Shown one piece after another: positions 59,001-64,000 of a DNA stretch of 64,000 nucleotides (position 1 is the stretch's first letter; each line of letters opens with the position of its first letter). The position numbers and the translations under genes are program-made. The stretch comes from Macrostomum lignano (lineage: Eukaryota), in the NCBI GenBank assembly GCA_002269645.1, contig NIVC01003500.1, forward strand, positions 30,703 through 94,702, read 5' to 3'. The notes under the pieces were generated by a model. That model was given only the letters and a program-made list of their open reading frames with translations. It was not told where the DNA came from and made no database searches.

Positions 59001-60586
59001 CAGCACGTTCAGAAAGTTCTCTGGAGTCACTTTCTGCAAGGATGGTTTGGGGCGACTCGTCGACACCTAAGCGGTCAGATCAGGTGCAGTCATTGTGGAC
59101 TTTTTGAAGACATGCGCGAGATTTCACCTTTCCTTTGTAGTCAATCTTGACGCCTCCGTAAACATCGGAACCGCCCGGTTTGTTGATCACGATTCCCTTG
59201 GTGGGGTTCCTGATTGAAATTTCGTTGTGCATGTCTTAAAGCAGCAAAGTTAATTTGATTAGGGTGCATTGGTCGGAGGTTTAAAATATGAGCACTTACT
59301 CAACATTGTGCGCAATGTCGTCATACATCATGGTGATGATCTGATTTTCAGGAACTCCGTGCTTCTTCACGATCTGGTAGGCGTGACACACGTCAGCCTG
59401 CGGTTGGTTGAAAAGGAGTTTAGGGATAGGGGTAAAAGGGGATGAGATGAACAGGGGAAGTTCGGAGAGGGAGGCCGGAAAGGGAGGGGAAAAGGAAGTG
59501 GCCATTGGAGAGGATAGGGGAAATCTGCATTCTGATAAAGGTTTTATTGATTTTATTTCAACCATGCCATTTCCACCAAGGAGTAAAAAATCGTCTTATT
59601 TCTAATTGGACTTGCGACTAGCAGTCAGAACTGTTTATAGGAAAAACGACATGGCTCTTCCGGTTCCTGTGAACAGCAGAGCAACATTTTCGAGAGAAAC
59701 AACGGTGCTCAGATAAATCATGATAATTTGAATTAGTATTGCAGCCAGGGGCGTGGCCACGCTTTTCTAGCACCAGGGGCGCCAGCACCAGGGGCGCCAG
59801 CACCAGGAGCGCCAGCACCAGGGGCGCCAGCACCAGGGGCGCCAGCACCAGGGGCGCCAGCACCAGGGGCGCCAGCACCAGGGGCGCCAGCACCAGGGGC
59901 GCCAGCACCAGGGGCGCCAGCACCAGGGGCGCCAGCACCAGGGGCGCCAGCACCAGGGGCGCCAGCACCAGGGGCGCCAGCACCAGGGCGCCAGCACCAG
60001 GGGCGCCAGCACCAGGGGCGCCAGCACCAGGGGCGCCAGCACCAGGGGCGCCAGCACCAGGGGCGCCAGCACCAGGGGCGCCAGCACCAGGGGCGCCAGC
60101 ACCAGGGGCGCCAGCACCAGGGGCGCCAGCACCAGGGGCGCCAGCACCAGGGGCGCCAGCACCAGGGGCGCCAGCACCAGGGGCGCCAGCACCAGGGGCG
60201 CCAGCACCAGGGGCGCCAGCACCAGGGGCGCCAGCACCAGGGGCGCCAGCACCAGGGGCGCCAGCACCAGGGGCGCCAGCACCAGGGGCGCCAGCAGCAG
60301 GGGCGCCAGCACCAGGGTCAGCACTGCCCCTTCACCCTTGATTCTGTTTCTGTATCCCCTCCCCAGTTATTTCGAAAGCCGACCAGCCTCTCACCTGATG
60401 CCGATAATTGGACCAGGTGTTGCTGCCGGCCACCAGCACCACCCAGTGCTTGGCCGCATCCGGTGATCCGGGCTCCGGCAGCAGCGGCCGGCTCGGCATG
60501 ATGGGCACCCATTTCAAATCCTCAGCAGACGAGCTGGCCGCGGCAGCCAAGCAGATCAGCAGGACGGCTGCCAGAGAGCGGTGCAT
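56062..60586 (-). CDS. LGMN: Legumain / asparaginyl endopeptidase (peptidase C13); 10 exons, ~444 aa
   Basis: Exons 60586-60395, 59397-59300, 59209-59128, 59033-58893, 58810-58678, 57794-57586, 57492-57415, 56989-56870, 56779-56615, 56178-56062; phases consistent, total 1335 nt. Signal peptide, [16 protein letters not shown]|[15 protein letters not shown], catalytic VDHG and [39 protein letters not shown]-terminal [13 protein letters not shown]. Confidence 0.96.
56270..56490. repeat. 22-bp minisatellite in the last legumain intron
   Basis: CAGTACTCCAGGTTGCAAACCT units. Confidence 0.9.
57041..57327 (+). mobile_element. MITE family copy 3 (full-length, ~287 bp) inside a legumain intron
   Basis: Imperfect TIRs CAGGGCGTCGCCA / TGGCGATGCCCCTG. 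Flanks GACAAGAA and GACAAAAG(AA) resemble a degenerate 8-bp TSD. Confidence 0.72.
57835..58330. repeat. 42-bp minisatellite in a legumain intron
   Basis: CTCCTGGATCAATGTTAAGCGAGCTTGTTAAGAAGCTACGCA, about 11-12 copies. Confidence 0.95.
59768..60318. repeat. 15-bp GC-rich minisatellite in legumain intron 1
   Basis: CCAGCACCAGGGGCG, about 36 copies, with one 1-bp deletion near 59988. Confidence 0.95.
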
Positions 60587-62194
60587 TGTTGCTGCTCAGG
60601 TGTCGCTAAGAAGGAACTTCTAGTCTTCTAGTGAAATAATCTGAGCCTTTGCTTTTCGCAACTGGCCGCAGCGCTGATAAATCCGCTTCTGTTGGGCAGT
60701 CAAGCAGCAGGCGGCAGCCACCCCGGCCTCAGAAAGTACTTCAGCCTGTCCTGTCTAACCCTGTGCATTGCACGGCTCTACCAAATCCTGTCAGCCCGCC
60801 TGTGCAAAGGTACAAAAGGCGGGCTCGGGTCAGGACTGCAGTGCACAGTCAGCTGTGGGCAGCTTGTGGAGCAGAGCAAAATGGAAGCGCCGGGAGTGCG
60901 CATGGATGGACGAGCAGATATTATAGTGACGATTCTGCCTAAAAATAGAACAGTGGACAATAAAGTTCTTTTCGGCTACTGCCAGTAGTAGACATGCCAG
61001 TATGTAATTTGCAATGAAGTTGCGTAAAATCATGCGTTTCATCATTTTTTCTTGAATTGCATCATGCGTCACTCAACGCTATGCAACAACTGTGACAATT
61101 GCATCCCATTTTGAAGATTTATTCTCTTTGCATCGACTACCAACCAGTAAAGGCTGCATATAAGCGGCAAGACCAACCTTCCTCAACCTTGAAGACTGCA
61201 GCTGATTCACAGACTGAAGCTCGTTGTTTATCAATTCAAATGTTTAGCAAGCCGAAGTTGACAGGCTTAAATGCTGCACATATGCCTTTATTTATAAGCA
61301 TACAATTGGATCAAGTTTCTAATAAAATCGAGCTACTTGAAAGCGAAGCAGAGTTTGGAGTGACCTAAGACTGCAACTTACTCAAGATCCCTAAGAAAGT
61401 GCTTGAACGAAGCAGAACTTCTATTGTAAGTGTGAACTACGCACATACGAGCGCTTTGACTCCATGGCTGAATTACTTGTCCATATACTCGTACCTAGCC
61501 GAAGTAAGCAAAAATCTATCTAAATCAGCCAAACAATAGAAAACTAACTACGATTTAAAATTAGCTAATTTGTTAGTTTATCGCTGTTTTGGGTCAGCAT
61601 TTCAGCAAATGGATTTAAGTTGTCACTAAATCTTCGGCCATAACAAGACAAGCAAGGCTCGAAAGATGTCCCACATTACTGGCAAAAACTAGGATATGGT
61701 TTGATAATATTATATTATTATAATTTGATATAATAATATTATATTATATTATACTATATTATAATATTATATTTGAGATAATATCATATTATCAAACATG
61801 ATGCAAACTTTAAAAATTTTCTAGTCAACTGGTTGGCTTAAAAGCGAGCTTTTTACCATGCTCAGCAATATCGAAAAGTCCCTATCACGCAAGATTCCGT
61901 CTGTGGTCGCCACTTTTGAGAATGCAGGTAAAGTCTCTCAATCTTGCGAGGGACGCAACTTAAGCTACGCCACGTGGCAGACGGGTTGAGGTCTGGAGGA
62001 TTACAGTGGGGGAGCGGTGTGCGAGGTTTTTACGGATTTAAGCTAACCCTCTCAGTTTTCTCGTATCTTTTATTTCAAAATAGTCCGAGAGAAACTGCTC
62101 ACTGGCGCATGGAGTAGCGACTTTCAATGTTGCTGAGTATATATGTAAGAAGTGAGGTTTAGTATAGGTGAACTGACAACTATGGTAATTTCCG

Positions 62195-62712
62195 TACGCC
62201 CACTAATGCGCACTGAACGACTGAGGAATGCGCCCACTAATGCGCACTGAACGACTGAGGAATACGCCCACTAATGCGCACTGAGGAATACGCCCACTAA
62301 TGCGCACTGAACGACTGAGGAATACGCCCACTAATGCGCACTGAACGACTGAGGAATACGCCCACTAATGCGCACTGAGGAATACGCCCACTAATGCGCA
62401 CTGAACGACTGAGGAATGCGCCCACTAATGCGCACTGAACGACTGAGGAATACGCCCACTAATGCGCACTGAGGAATACGCCCACTAATGCGCACTGAAC
62501 GACTGAGGAATACGCCCACTAATGCGCACTGAACGACTGAGGAATACGCCCACTAATGCGCACTGAGGAATACGCCCACTAATGCGCACTGAACGACTGA
62601 GGAATGCGCCCACTAATGCGCACTGAACGACTGAGGAATACGCCCACTAATGCGCACTGAACGACTGAGGAATGCGCCCACTAATACGCACTGAACGACT
62701 GAGGAATGCAAT
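62195..62712. repeat. 34/26-bp minisatellite
   Basis: GCCCACTAATGCGCACTGAACGACTGAGGAATAC and a variant lacking 8 bp. Confidence 0.93.
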
Positions 62713-63017
62713 AAACAGTAATAAAGGGTTTGAAAAATAATAGACTGAGTCAACGTGCTGAGTCAATGACAACAACATCTGTCATTCAGTATTCTAATTT
62801 CCGTGTCATTCTAATGAGCATGCGAGTACATGTGTGCAAATACTGCCCTCAGCTGTCTTTAAGTATACTGCTTTTTATAGCAATGTTCTTCCACCCACTT
62901 TACTTTTGAACAATTCTGTACAGTCTAGCACGCCCACGTGTGTACATTTATTTTACGACTATTTATAGCTCAGCTAGCATTAGATATTCACCCAACGCGG
63001 CACACGCCTATTTTCAG

Positions 63018-64000
63018 AGCTCTCCCAGTCCATGTCGACAGCGGCCGCCATATCGGACCAGCTCCAGCCGGTATTCGGCGATGCGAGGTCTCATCGACTG
63101 GCTGACGGCATTCTGCAGCTTCAACAGGCGAGTCAGAGCGCTGCAGGAGCTCTCGTTTACGTAATTGGTAACTGAGAACTGTCACTCATTGTTGTGACTG
63201 TGTGTGTGTTGCCCTAATCTGACTTTTTGTCTCTGCATAATTCTTCTTTAACATGCAGTTTCTCAGCTGCCGCGCTGCACTTTTTCAAGCTACAGACCGA
63301 TATTACGAGCGTAGTCGCTAAAAACGCAGTGAACGCAATTAAAAAATTTCAGTTGCACTTCTTTGAAAAATGATTGTCCACTGCATAAGAAATCTGAAAC
63401 TCTGCACCGTTTTGCAAGCTCGTACGCTCGTAGTTTCATTTTCAGTTTTTAGAACTCGAAAAAACCACCAAGGAGAGTACGCTCGTATTTAAATGATGCA
63501 TTTGCAGTGCAAAATAACTAGGCCTGCATGGGACTTGGCTCATTACATGATTAGCGGGTGTGTCTGGCAACAACAATGACAAGCTTTGTCAGAACCATGG
63601 CAACGCTGCACGCTCCGACCATAAAATTCAATCACCCGATTTTATTGCTTATTGCTTGCATTTCATCTTGAATTTCAGGCGCCCTCCTGCTGATCGTGAC
63701 GGCATCGCGGACGGCCCGCCGAGACTCTGTTCGACCTGCGCCTCGCGCAGAACCTCCGAGCTGGAAGGCGACCGAGGCTGCGGAGGCGGCAGCAGCGGCC
63801 GGCCTCTCGGCGGACGGCGGCGGCGGCCTCCGCTGCTTCACTGCAGCGCGGAGGTCCCGCGGACGCGGCGTCGCCCGAGGCGGCTCACGCGGCGGCGAGT
63901 CGCCCGAGGCGGCTCACGCGGCGGCGAGTCCCGCACTGCAGCGTCGGCCGGCTTGACGTCGCGTTGGGAGCCGTCGGCGCGCCGCGGATGCGACTCGCCT
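63018..64000 (+). other. Possible first exons of a GC-rich gene running off the window end
   Basis: TATTTTCAG acceptor at ~63017, candidate donor TTAC|GTAATT at ~63160, acceptor TTTCAG at ~63679, then a GC-rich frame open to position 64000. No recognisable domain. Confidence 0.3.

Noticed and set aside
59618-60341. PASTRGA/PGAPA (collagen- or elastin-like) ORFs
   Set aside because: 15-bp minisatellite inside legumain intron 1; a 1-bp deletion shifts frames with no apparent constraint.
5570-62712. CRISPR-like arrays among the many tandem repeats
   Set aside because: Units are contiguous with no unique spacers, there are no cas genes, and the context is eukaryotic with introns.

Overview
Eukaryotic (metazoan) genomic DNA with GC-rich exons, GT-AG introns, AT-rich intergenic DNA and very many minisatellites. 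The style suggests a free-living flatworm such as Macrostomum, but that is inference only. All genes were assembled by hand from splice sites and reading-frame phase. Plus strand: a p24/TMED cargo receptor with an unusual ~200-aa Pro/Gln/His luminal insert, a canopy (CNPY3/4-like) KDEL protein, SPATA20, mitochondrial GatC, a CaiB/BaiF CoA-transferase (SUGCT-like) and a prepro-neuropeptide encoding 11x FNGGMFamide plus 1x FNGEMFamide. Minus strand: an orphan type I membrane protein with PY motifs, a probably broken secreted protein, FGFR1OP2/SIKE, a 7-exon AP1AR/gadkin-like gene and a 10-exon legumain. Mobile DNA: Tc1, Gypsy RT and LINE RT remnants, a hAT-type MITE with a perfect 8-bp TSD, three copies of a second MITE, and an LTR-like segment ending in a periodic array of tRNA-primer-binding-site-like motifs. 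Most long ORFs in the supplied track are translations of tandem repeats, not genes. The best leads are the new amidated hexapeptide precursor, the multi-PBS array (48798-49070), and two genes (GatC, SUGCT) with no in-frame ATG but phase-0 splice acceptors. The last pattern is what a flatworm spliced leader ending in AUG would rescue, within an operon-like same-strand cluster.
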